From the NCBI GenBank assembly GCA_963713855.1, contig OY970209.1, positions 416,001 to 480,000 on the forward strand: a DNA stretch of 64,000 nucleotides, given 5' to 3'. A program made the translations under genes and the position numbers. Positions 19,850-29,254 of the stretch are shown here, piece by piece. Source of the DNA: an uncultured bacterium. GTDB lineage: Bacteria > Babelota > Babeliae > Babelales > Babelaceae. The first letter of the stretch is position 1, and every line of letters starts with the position of its first letter. Under the pieces are notes generated by a model, which was given only the letters and a program-made list of their open reading frames with translations, ran no database searches and had not been told where the DNA came from.

Positions 19850-20992
19850 ATGTATAAAAAGTTGTTAAGTGTGTTGCTATTTATTATAGTCATTTTACAG
19901 GTCGACGTGAGTTTTGGTCAATCCTCCTATAAGGAACGCTTGGTTGCTTTAGTAGAAGATAACCGAATACCTGTATGGATGTCCGAGCAGATTAAGAGCG
20001 ATCTAGAGCCTTTTAAAGCGAACCGTATACCGCTTGAGTCGATTTGCGAGACCTCCCCGAAGTGGCAGACCTCGGGTGTTGTTCGCTATACTATCAAAGA
20101 GGGAAAATTAACAATACATCCTTCTCCGCTTTGTTCAACTCTCAGTGTACTTGAATCGAGATGCAAGCAGTATAATGCTATTGTTAAAGCGTTAACCGAT
20201 ACAATACGCGTACCTGATGTTGAATTCACCGTATATCTGGGGGATGGGTTTATAGGCGGAAATTCACACACCCTGCCAGGGCCTATATTTGGTTTTTCGA
20301 AAGACAAAAATTTAGACACGAATGCTCTATTAGTTCCAGACTTTCATGCATTAGAGATCTATCCGCCGCTTATTGAGGATGTTGAAATAGGAAATAGGGC
20401 ATATCCTTGGCATGTCAAAGTCAATAAGGCCTTTTGGAGAGGAGCTAGCACCTGTAATTATCTCGACATAACTCTGAGTAATTATACCGCTTGCCCCAGG
20501 CTCAAATTAGTAGAAATAGCACGTATCAATTCTGATTTGATTGACGCTGGTTTAACCATGTGTGTACAAATGGATGAAGAGACCAGAAAGCTATTCTCAA
20601 ACTATCTCGTATCTTCAGTATCCGTGAGTGAGCACCTTAAATATAAGTACCTCATTTTAACAGATGGTAACGGAGCCGCTTATCCACGGGGGTTTTGGCA
20701 TTTATTTGGTAATTCTGTTGTTTTTAAGCAAAAGTCGGACAGTGTACAATGGTTCTATCGAGGCTTGAAACCATTTGTGCATTTTATTCCTTTTAATGAA
20801 GATTTTAGCGATTTAATTGAAAAGATACAATGGGCAACGAACCATGATGCAGAAACCCGTTTTATCGCAGCTCAAGGCCGCGCCTTTGCTCTAAACAATC
20901 TATGCTTAGAAAATAACTTGTTTTATTTGTATATCTTACTCAAGGAATTTTCTGCACTACAACAAGCCAGTAATTATAAGCAAGAGCTATAG
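19850..20992 (+). CDS. Glycosyltransferase family 90 (CAP10/POGLUT-like)
   Basis: FWRGAST, HLKYKYLILTDGN, QWFYRGLKPFVHFIP; signal peptide. Confidence 0.85.
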   Translation: MYKKLLSVLLFIIVILQVDVSFGQSSYKERLVALVEDNRIPVWMSEQIKSDLEPFKANRIPLESICETSPKWQTSGVVRYTIKEGKLTIHPSPLCSTLSVLESRCKQYNAIVKALTDTIRVPDVEFTVYLGDGFIGGNSHTLPGPIFGFSKDKNLDTNALLVPDFHALEIYPPLIEDVEIGNRAYPWHVKVNKAFWRGASTCNYLDITLSNYTACPRLKLVEIARINSDLIDAGLTMCVQMDEETRKLFSNYLVSSVSVSEHLKYKYLILTDGNGAAYPRGFWHLFGNSVVFKQKSDSVQWFYRGLKPFVHFIPFNEDFSDLIEKIQWATNHDAETRFIAAQGRAFALNNLCLENNLFYLYILLKEFSALQQASNYKQEL

Positions 20993-21002
20993 ACTCGAAG
21001 TT

Positions 21003-21725
21003 TTATCGTTTTATTATTATGCAGAGGCTAGGGTAAAAATGGATAGATTCTATGTGTTCTTGGTGGTAATTTAAACTACGATTCACTTCTTCTGGCCATT
21101 TTGTTTTATCAGCCGATCCACATCGGGCGCAGCCATAATTAAGATCATCAATGAGGTTCTGAAAAAATCGTATAGCGGACGCGGCCCCTGCTTTTGGATT
21201 GCTAGTACTTCCCTCAGAACCGAAATCCTTCCAGTAGGACGTATGCAAGTCCTCTACGACATACACACCTCCACTTTTTAAAAAAGGGAATAGGGTTTGA
21301 AAACTTAAAATTTGTGCCCCCATAAAATGACAACCGTCGTCAATAATAATGTCAAATTCGCCACCTGATTGAGCGGCGACTTCGAGTAACTCTGCTTTAT
21401 CGTGCTGATTAGCTTTATGGAGTTTGCATTTAGATGTAAGACCCTGCAAATGTTCCCAGCATTTATCATTGATATCCATAAAGTGTAACTCTTGCGCATG
21501 GGGAAAATAATCTTGCCACATACGGGCTGAGGCACCTTGCCAAAATCCTATCTCTAATAATTTTATTGGTTTATCTTTAAAACGGCTAAAATAGCTATCA
21601 TATATGAGTGTGTAACGATGAAAAAGAGGACCTTTATCCGAACCATAGCGATCAGCTAAATCATCGAGTTCACACGCTTGCATTGATGTTATAAAAAAGA
21701 GAGAGAATAGTGATATAATTTTCAT
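21003..21725 (-). CDS. SAM-dependent (sugar O-)methyltransferase
   Basis: GSDK, LLEIG, FDIIIDDGCH, GGVYVVEDLHTSYW; signal peptide ending MQA. Confidence 0.88.
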   Translation of the reverse strand: MKIISLFSLFFITSMQACELDDLADRYGSDKGPLFHRYTLIYDSYFSRFKDKPIKLLEIGFWQGASARMWQDYFPHAQELHFMDINDKCWEHLQGLTSKCKLHKANQHDKAELLEVAAQSGGEFDIIIDDGCHFMGAQILSFQTLFPFLKSGGVYVVEDLHTSYWKDFGSEGSTSNPKAGAASAIRFFQNLIDDLNYGCARCGSADKTKWPEEVNRSLNYHQEHIESIHFYPSLCIIIKR

Positions 21726-21737
21726 TGCATTTTCATT

Positions 21738-22451
21738 TCAATCTTGCGTTGAACAGGTATCACCGGTACATAGTATAGGTTTTTCGATCCACCAAAAACG
21801 GGGCTGCAGTGGATGAACATTAACCTTTAAGTTATTTTCAGCGCAAAATTGATTTATTGCTTGTGGAACTCCTGGCCACACTGTAGCATAATCATCGCCT
21901 GCAATAATTCCTCCACCACGGATTTTAGGATACCATGCTCTTAAATCAGCAATCACATATCCATAATTATGATTGGCGTCAATGAAAACGAAGTCAAGTT
22001 CTCGCTCTTTAAAGTGATCGACAGCGTTTAGCGAGGTATCCCTTAATAATTCAAATCGCGAGCCAAACAGCGAAAATTGAAGCTTTACTCTCCAGTAAAG
22101 AATATCAAAGTACTTTTGAGGTAATGGTGTGGTAGCCGGATCTTGGTAGTCGATAAAAGGGTCTATGCCATATAACTTGTCCACTTTGGTATGCTCGAGC
22201 AAATATTTACAATGAGCCCCGGTTAAAATACCTACTTCACAGCCAATGCTCAGGCCTAACCGATTGATAAGATCTGCAAAAAGACTGTGGTAGGGCTCTT
22301 CATGATCAATCTGTTCAATAACTTTTAGTGCTTGTATGATTTCTGATTCTGAAAATCCTGTAATTTGTGCATAATCGGTTACAGCAAGCTTACCTGGTAA
22401 AAGGTGGCAAAAACTTAATCCCAAGACAAATAATATTTTTCTGGCTAACAT
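21738..22451 (-). CDS. Class I SAM methyltransferase (Methyltransf_24-like)
   Basis: CEVG, LDFVFIDANHNY, GGIIAGDDY; start moved to MLARK (AGGAG RBS), hydrophobic N-terminus. Confidence 0.88.
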   Translation of the reverse strand: MLARKILFVLGLSFCHLLPGKLAVTDYAQITGFSESEIIQALKVIEQIDHEEPYHSLFADLINRLGLSIGCEVGILTGAHCKYLLEHTKVDKLYGIDPFIDYQDPATTPLPQKYFDILYWRVKLQFSLFGSRFELLRDTSLNAVDHFKERELDFVFIDANHNYGYVIADLRAWYPKIRGGGIIAGDDYATVWPGVPQAINQFCAENNLKVNVHPLQPRFWWIEKPILCTGDTCSTQD

Positions 22452-22488
22452 GTCTCTCCTTTTTTTGAGCATCTTCATAGGTAACTCA

Positions 22489-23772
22489 TTAAGCTCGATT
22501 TTTAAAGGCTGAAGATAACTTATTGAAAAACTTTTTTGATTTCGTGATAAGACCCTTATCCGTAATAGCATTCTTATTACCAAGTGTAAAGCGGCTAGGT
22601 TTTATAAGATTAATAAATTTTTGCTTTATTGCACCATCACTGTAGCGTAAAACCCATCTTCTTCTCTGTGGAGCTTGCGATAAGTAATGCCCATAGTTAT
22701 CATATACGCGTCGCAAAGCTTTCTTGGCATCACGTATATGGGCATTGAAATTGTTACCAGAATAAGTATTAAAAAATGGATGGTACATCTTTTCAATCAA
22801 GGGAGCAGGAACGCACGCAGCAAGACCCGATGAGCAGATAGTTGAATGAGCGGTATGATCACTTAAAACAACCGGTATGCCAAGAGCAAAAGCTTCACGT
22901 GGTAAGATGGAAAATCCTTCGCCTTTGGAAAAACTAGCAACAACATCGATAGATTTTAAAAGGTCTATGTATTCAGCCTCACTCAGGCTTTTAAAAATGC
23001 ACTTTACATTAGTAAGCTTTAAACGATTGATTAATTCTTGGATTTTTTTTACCGTTTCGCGCTCCTGGGGATGCCCTGTGACACGACCGTGCATTATGAG
23101 TCTTACACCGGGGTTATTGCTAAACTCTTCAGCAAATGCTTTAAGAAGAAGCAGATGATTTTTTCGTTCATAAAAACCTGCAGATAAGCCGAAGGTAAAA
23201 GGAGTATGCGCTCTTTTTTTTAAAGGCTGCTCAAGCAGTTTTTGAAGATAAAGACCGCAGGGTAAAACAAATATCGGGATTTCTACGCCCGCTTTTTCAA
23301 AGACTGAAACGAGGAATTTATCAGGTACTACTAATGCATCGAATTTATTATTAATAATGCTTACCCATGAAGGGGGCGGTGCGTCTGTTTCTATCATTAA
23401 GTAAGCAATCTTAATTTTAGAAGAGGATAGAGCATCTTCCGGCTTTTCAGCAAGTCCAAGTAAATCGATGAAAAAAGCAACTCTGCCGGGCCTTTCAGGT
23501 CTGCTTACTATTTCCTGAACTGCGGGAGAGACGTTTTGGAGATCGATTGCTTGAGGATTAGTCGCTTTAAAATTTATTTTCAAGTCCTTGTATAAATGAT
23601 CCATTACCCAAATAGGTATTCGATATAGTCCGTCACAATACTTCAGTTTTCCGACTATCGTTACGTCATAATCAAACGGTTTACGTTTAGGTAAAGTTTT
23701 TCTGGGTTTAGAAGTCGAACCCAGGCTTACCTTACCGAGTATCAGAATGAAAACGAAGAGCTTAAAATTCAT
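22489..23772 (-). CDS. GT-B glycosyltransferase (GT4-like)
   Basis: ERKN, KGEGFSILPREAFALGIP; signal-like N-terminus; paralog of 59560 and 62099. Confidence 0.88.
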   Translation of the reverse strand: MNFKLFVFILILGKVSLGSTSKPRKTLPKRKPFDYDVTIVGKLKYCDGLYRIPIWVMDHLYKDLKINFKATNPQAIDLQNVSPAVQEIVSRPERPGRVAFFIDLLGLAEKPEDALSSSKIKIAYLMIETDAPPPSWVSIINNKFDALVVPDKFLVSVFEKAGVEIPIFVLPCGLYLQKLLEQPLKKRAHTPFTFGLSAGFYERKNHLLLLKAFAEEFSNNPGVRLIMHGRVTGHPQERETVKKIQELINRLKLTNVKCIFKSLSEAEYIDLLKSIDVVASFSKGEGFSILPREAFALGIPVVLSDHTAHSTICSSGLAACVPAPLIEKMYHPFFNTYSGNNFNAHIRDAKKALRRVYDNYGHYLSQAPQRRRWVLRYSDGAIKQKFINLIKPSRFTLGNKNAITDKGLITKSKKFFNKLSSAFKNRA

Positions 23773-23787
23773 GTTTTTAAGGTGCCT

Positions 23788-25344
23788 TCATGTTTTTCTT
23801 AGTATTGGGTTCTTAAAAAATAAGCCTACTTTTTTAGGGCTATAGATTGTGCTAGCCCATGCTTGAGTAAATTGACCTATGGATGCAAAATTGAGTTTAT
23901 TAAGAGTCTCTAAGACATAATTAGTTTTATAGAGTATTGAACCTAGTTTATTTGGTTGTGGCCAGATGTGCTTGCCATGGTGCAACTGCCATGCCATTGT
24001 GTCGTTGCCTAAGAAGGCAGCATTTTTATCAAGAACAGTACTTGCTGGTTGACTCAGGTGTAGGTAAAAGCCTAGAGCAAATGTTTTCTCTAGTTGCTTA
24101 ATGCATTCGTTAAGATTGAGCGCATGTGTATTAATGTAGCTATCTGTCGACAATACCACATGTTTTCTAGCAGCTTTGAGTATTTTTCGTAACGAGTTTT
24201 TTAGTGCATCTCTATTAGCGGAGTGGTTACGTGTAAAATTAACTTTTGAAAAATCCTTACGCATTCCCGCATACCGTTTAGCAACAGAATTTTTAGAACA
24301 CTCATAGAGAACGTGTATTTTTCCTACGCCACGTACATTCTTTTGCACTGCTTTTAGACATTTACTAAGTGCTTGGGGATTATTATGAGATAGTAAAATA
24401 ACATCAGCTCTTGCGTGATCAAATTGCTTGCTTATTCCAACGGGTAATTGTGCTAATGGCTGGTATTTTTCCCATGTTCTTACAAGTTGATTTATGTTCC
24501 ATTGCGCTCCTCGGTTTTCATCTTTTCCGTTGCCTTGGTTTTGTTGGCTTAATGGGTTTTGCCAGTTCCAACGATAGAGAATCTTATCTATAAACTTGCT
24601 GTGATGACTGACCATCTCCAAAATAGGGTACATAAAACAAGAATCTGCTGATGGCGATAATGGCTTAAAACTGCCCTCATAAAGTAGATCTTCGAGTTTA
24701 ATCTTTTTAAATATACATGCGTAAAATGAACGAGGATGAAACCAATCCCAAACATAGGGCACAGCTGGATCCCAATGATCTTGTCTATAGCTATGCGCTT
24801 TTATGACAGCATCGGGTATTGCTACAAAAGGCTTTTCCCAAGGCCCTGGAGGAACATGGGGTTCAAATGACATTAAGCCATAGGTCATCCATATGCCAGG
24901 TGTTTTGTAAGCATCGTTAATCGTCGCAAATACAGTATCTTCAGAAAAGTAATCATCACCATCGATATTCAATAAAATTTCATCATCATTGCATAGATGT
25001 GCTGCGCGATAATGATTGGCCAGCTGGCTTTGCCATTCTTCGTTTCTTACAAGAGTGCATTTATGCTCTAATTTATGTTCTTTAAAATACTCTTCAACTA
25101 AATTGGGAGTATTATCCGTAGAAGCATCATCTACGTAAATGAGGCGATAGTTGTGATATTTTTGAGAAAAGATAGAATCAAGGTTTCGTCGGTACCATCG
25201 GGCATTGTTATATGAAGTGACAACGACAGCAATAGGATGCTCTTGAGGATTTTGCTTAGCAGCTAATTTGTTATCTAAACTAAAAAAACATGCAGATAAA
25301 AAGAGAAAAATACTATTGATTTGAAGCTTTGTCTTACTCGTCAT
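23788..25344 (-). CDS. GT2 glycosyltransferase with a second, degenerate C-terminal domain
   Basis: VVVTSYNNA, YVDDASTD, IDGDD; N-terminal hydrophobic segment. Confidence 0.88.
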   Translation of the reverse strand: MTSKTKLQINSIFLFLSACFFSLDNKLAAKQNPQEHPIAVVVTSYNNARWYRRNLDSIFSQKYHNYRLIYVDDASTDNTPNLVEEYFKEHKLEHKCTLVRNEEWQSQLANHYRAAHLCNDDEILLNIDGDDYFSEDTVFATINDAYKTPGIWMTYGLMSFEPHVPPGPWEKPFVAIPDAVIKAHSYRQDHWDPAVPYVWDWFHPRSFYACIFKKIKLEDLLYEGSFKPLSPSADSCFMYPILEMVSHHSKFIDKILYRWNWQNPLSQQNQGNGKDENRGAQWNINQLVRTWEKYQPLAQLPVGISKQFDHARADVILLSHNNPQALSKCLKAVQKNVRGVGKIHVLYECSKNSVAKRYAGMRKDFSKVNFTRNHSANRDALKNSLRKILKAARKHVVLSTDSYINTHALNLNECIKQLEKTFALGFYLHLSQPASTVLDKNAAFLGNDTMAWQLHHGKHIWPQPNKLGSILYKTNYVLETLNKLNFASIGQFTQAWASTIYSPKKVGLFFKNPILRKT

Positions 25345-25641
25345 TAGTTCCCTATCGTGCATATACGCCTTAAGACTTTTAAAACTTGGATGACTATAAT
25401 TTACCTGGATAATTATAATATACCTGGAATCTACAGCGCAAGATTGTTCTTAAGTCGGTACTTCTATTCCCTCCAATGAAGAGGGGGATGGTAAGATATC
25501 TAATTGAGGTAATGGTCGAATGAAAATTGAGGATTACGGTGTAAAGTTCTTGATAGGTACAAAATCGTAGTATGTTGAAACTTTTAATCATTCATGCTAA
25601 GAATCTAATGACAATGCTTTTGCGTAGGTGGAAGGAAGATA

Positions 25642-27336
25642 ATGGCATTTATAAAACGAGCTTTTCTTTTATTTGTTATTGGTATACAAAGTTTTTTTTT
25701 AGAAGCCATCAGTATCGAACCTTCCATTAATACGTTAATACCAGAAAAACCATTGGTTGTGGTTATTACTTCCTATAATAATGCTCAATGGTTCGCTAAG
25801 AACTTGGAATCAGTTTTAACGCAAAATTATAAAAATTATAGAGTTATCTATATCGACGATGGTTCGCCGGATGGAACTGCTCAACTTGTAGATGGTTATA
25901 TCAAGGAACATAAGGAGGAACACCGTTTTCTTCTCATTAAAAATAGCCAAAATATTGGACAAATGGCCAATCACTATAAAGCAGTTTGCTACTGTGCTGA
26001 TGATGAGATCGTTGTTCACTTGGATGGTGATGATTTTCTTATCGATAAAAATGTCTTAAAAGTTGTCAACACTATATACAGCACTCATGATGCCTGGCTT
26101 ACTTATGGTCAAGCAAGTCTGTGGCCCTTACTAGAAGAAGTATGGCCTGCTACTGAGGTAGACGTCAAAATAGAGGAAGCTATCGCAAGCAATAAATTTA
26201 GAAAAGAATGGATGTATGGACACTTAAGGACTTTTAAGGCAGCTCTTTTTAAACAGATAAAACTACAAGACTTAATCCATAAGAACAGCTTTAAAACTAT
26301 GTCTCCAGCTCCAGATGTAGCATTTATGTATCCTATGCTTGAGATGGCTGGCACACATGGATATTACGTTAAAACCCCTTTGTACTTATGGAATCGTAGT
26401 AATCCTAACAGTCAGCATAATCTTAATTTGGCTGCCGTTTTTGATCTTTTGTATACCATTCAAGCATGGGAGCCCTATCAGCGCCTTGTCACGCTAAAAC
26501 CTTCTTTTAATAGTAGTAAAAACCAGCTTAAAGCGGATGTTTTCCTCTTTGCTCATGAAATTACCAGTGGCAATCCTGCTTTAGCGAGTTTAAAATTAAA
26601 GGCAAATGACCTTGGCAAAATAACACTGTTTTATGATAAAGCTAAACCTCAGCAAATCGTTGATATGAAGAAAAAGCATCCCAAGGTAGCTTTGATACCT
26701 TTTGCTGACAAGTCATTAAAAACTTTCCAGACATGCCTTCTGAATACCCCGAGTGATCACCTTATTCTTATGAAGGATAACGTGTCTCTAAAAAACAGTA
26801 CGGATATGAAAAAAGCGATTTGTTCACTTGAGACGACCTTTGCGCAAGGGTTTTACTTTGACATAGATGGCGCTTATTTAGAGGCAAGGAGTTTTTCTTA
26901 TGTCGAGCCATTTGATCATTTAATTGGTTGGCAGCCAGAAACGAACCCATTAAATGCGAACGATTTAAATATGATCATGTATCGAAAGCGAGATATTCAA
27001 CAGCAAGTAGCATTAATGCATGGGCAACAAAAGCCATTCTCATATTTTGTTCTACCATTTCAACCTAGACAGCTGCTTGTTGGATGGAAAAATAGTCCTA
27101 TAAAGGTCGTTAAAACCGAAGTTAACAATAACAGGAAGGCAGTTAAGAGTAAAACTCCTAATAAAAAAATAGAAAAGCCCAAAAATAAGAAGAAAATGGT
27201 TGAGAGTAAACTACCCGGCAAGAAAATAGAAAAGAACAAAAGCGATAATAAGGACGCGGTAAAGAATAAAGCCGCTAAGAAGAAGGCAGCAAAGAACAAA
27301 AGCGATAACAAAAAATTGAAAAGGGGTAATAGATGA
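25642..27336 (+). CDS. GT2 glycosyltransferase with a Lys-rich C-terminal tail
   Basis: VVITSYNNA, YIDDGSPD, LDGDD, HLRTF; signal peptide; paralog of the divergently transcribed neighbour. Confidence 0.88.
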   Translation: MAFIKRAFLLFVIGIQSFFLEAISIEPSINTLIPEKPLVVVITSYNNAQWFAKNLESVLTQNYKNYRVIYIDDGSPDGTAQLVDGYIKEHKEEHRFLLIKNSQNIGQMANHYKAVCYCADDEIVVHLDGDDFLIDKNVLKVVNTIYSTHDAWLTYGQASLWPLLEEVWPATEVDVKIEEAIASNKFRKEWMYGHLRTFKAALFKQIKLQDLIHKNSFKTMSPAPDVAFMYPMLEMAGTHGYYVKTPLYLWNRSNPNSQHNLNLAAVFDLLYTIQAWEPYQRLVTLKPSFNSSKNQLKADVFLFAHEITSGNPALASLKLKANDLGKITLFYDKAKPQQIVDMKKKHPKVALIPFADKSLKTFQTCLLNTPSDHLILMKDNVSLKNSTDMKKAICSLETTFAQGFYFDIDGAYLEARSFSYVEPFDHLIGWQPETNPLNANDLNMIMYRKRDIQQQVALMHGQQKPFSYFVLPFQPRQLLVGWKNSPIKVVKTEVNNNRKAVKSKTPNKKIEKPKNKKKMVESKLPGKKIEKNKSDNKDAVKNKAAKKKAAKNKSDNKKLKRGNR

Positions 27337-28184
27337 TAAAAAGGTTGTTTTTGTTGATGCTTATGATGTTTTTATCTGCTACTATAGAGCAGTCCCTGAT
27401 TGCCAAAAATAACAAGTCAACGTCCCAGGCCAAGATACTGTATCTTGATCTAATCAAGAAGTCTTTGATTAACCATATTTACCAAGATGCCGGCTTAGAT
27501 TATGCTCACGGTGAAGTAAAACCCTATGATTCAGCAGTCAGAGAACAAGGAAAAGATTGGCCAGTTCGTGCTCATACCATGATTGGCTTGAAGCGCTTGG
27601 ACAATCTGCAGGCCTGTATTGAAAGTGTTTTGAAAAATAATGTTCCGGGGGACCTTATAGAAACGGGGGTATGGCGTGGAGGGGCGACTATTTTAATGCG
27701 AGCTGTTCTTAAAGCTTATGGTGTTACTAATCGTAACGTATGGGTTGCTGATTCTTTTCAAGGCTTGCCAAAACCCGATACTGAAAAATATCCTGAGGAC
27801 TCTTTTCTTGCTCAAAACAATATCCAAGATATTAAAGAACTTGCTGTTGGCTTAGAAGAGGTAAAATCTAACTTTAGAAAATATGACCTTTTGGATGGTC
27901 GCGTAAAGTTTTTAAAAGGATGGTTTAAAGACACTTTACCATCGGCACCTATAAAGAAATTGGCTGTACTTCGCCTCGATGGAGATCTCTATGAATCTAC
28001 CATACTGGCTCTTAGGCACTTGTATCCCAAGCTGTCTATTGGAGGATACGTTATTATAGATGATTACAATGGCCTAGATGATGCATGTAAAAAAGCAGTA
28101 AACTATTATCGTAAAAAGCATCACATTACTGAACCAATTATCAAGATTGACAGTGAAGGGATCTTCTGGCAAAAGAAAAAATAG
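27333..28184 (+). CDS. TylF/MycF/NovP-family sugar O-methyltransferase
   Basis: AHTMIGLKRLDNL, PGDLIETGVWRGG, ADSFQGLP, GWFKDTLP, LRLDGDLYEST, IIDDY; signal peptide. Confidence 0.95.
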   Translation: MIKRLFLLMLMMFLSATIEQSLIAKNNKSTSQAKILYLDLIKKSLINHIYQDAGLDYAHGEVKPYDSAVREQGKDWPVRAHTMIGLKRLDNLQACIESVLKNNVPGDLIETGVWRGGATILMRAVLKAYGVTNRNVWVADSFQGLPKPDTEKYPEDSFLAQNNIQDIKELAVGLEEVKSNFRKYDLLDGRVKFLKGWFKDTLPSAPIKKLAVLRLDGDLYESTILALRHLYPKLSIGGYVIIDDYNGLDDACKKAVNYYRKKHHITEPIIKIDSEGIFWQKKK

Positions 28185-28241
28185 TTGATTGACACAAAAC
28201 GTATATATACTTGTTGTGATTCTCAATAAAAAGAGGCAGTA

Positions 28242-29231
28242 ATGAAATCAATAAGGTCTTATTTTACGAGGATTATTGGAGCACTCCTTATAAGTTTTAC
28301 CTTACAAGTAAGGTGTGCTCAAGCGCCCACGTTCCTCGTGTTTGGGGGAAAAAGTGGTTGGATTGGGCAAAAGATAGTCAAATTACTTGAAGAACAGGGC
28401 CATAAGGTAGCTGTTGCACAGTCACGTCTTGAAAATCGACAAGATGTCGAAAAAGAGATTGAAACGGTACAACCAAAGTACGTTATTAACGCAGCGGGCC
28501 TCACTGGTAGGCCAAATATAGACTGGTGTGAAGACAACCAACCAGCAACTATTAGAGCAAATATTATAGGAGCATTAACTCTTGTTGATGTTTGTTTTTT
28601 GCGAGGTATCCATGTTACGAACTTTGGTACTGGTTGCATTTACGAATACGATAAGGATCACGCCCTTAACAGTGGCATCGGTTTTAAAGAAGAAGACACT
28701 CCTAATTTTACGGGTTCTTTTTATTCAAAAACGAAAGTTATGCTTGATGAACTCTTCAAATCGTATAATAACGTTTTAAATTTAAGATTACGTATGCCTA
28801 TTTCTGATGATTTACATGGGCGTAGTTTTATAACTAAAATTGTACATTACGATAAGGTAATTGACGTTCCTAATTCGATGAGCGTGCTTTCTGATCTTTT
28901 ACCCATTGCAATAAAGATGACGGTAAAAGAATTAAAAGGTAACTACAATTTTGTAAATCCGGGAGCTATATCGCATTCGGAGATATTAGATCTCTACAAA
29001 ATTTTTATAGATCCAAGTTTTACTTATAAAATCTTTACTGTTGCTGAACAGGACACCATCCTTAAAGCCCGTCGCTCTAATAACGAGCTTGATGTAAGTA
29101 AGCTTCTTAAAGAATTTCCCGAGATACCACCCATTAAAGATTCTATAAAGGAGATGTTTAAAAGAATGAAAAACAGCAAAACGACATTAGATGAGCTTCT
29201 TAAAAACGATTATCACATAATTGGCACCTAA
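28242..29231 (+). CDS. Eukaryote-type bifunctional NDP-4-keto-6-deoxyglucose 3,5-epimerase/4-reductase (NRS/ER, UER1-like)
   Basis: GWIG, NAAGLTGRPNIDWCE, TGCIYEYD, SGIGFKEEDTPNFTGSFYSKTK, LRLRMPIS, RSNNELD motifs of plant NRS/ER; extra signal peptide. Confidence 0.9.
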   Translation: MKSIRSYFTRIIGALLISFTLQVRCAQAPTFLVFGGKSGWIGQKIVKLLEEQGHKVAVAQSRLENRQDVEKEIETVQPKYVINAAGLTGRPNIDWCEDNQPATIRANIIGALTLVDVCFLRGIHVTNFGTGCIYEYDKDHALNSGIGFKEEDTPNFTGSFYSKTKVMLDELFKSYNNVLNLRLRMPISDDLHGRSFITKIVHYDKVIDVPNSMSVLSDLLPIAIKMTVKELKGNYNFVNPGAISHSEILDLYKIFIDPSFTYKIFTVAEQDTILKARRSNNELDVSKLLKEFPEIPPIKDSIKEMFKRMKNSKTTLDELLKNDYHIIGT

Positions 29232-29254
29232 AAGTATTGCAGTGAAGGTAACTA

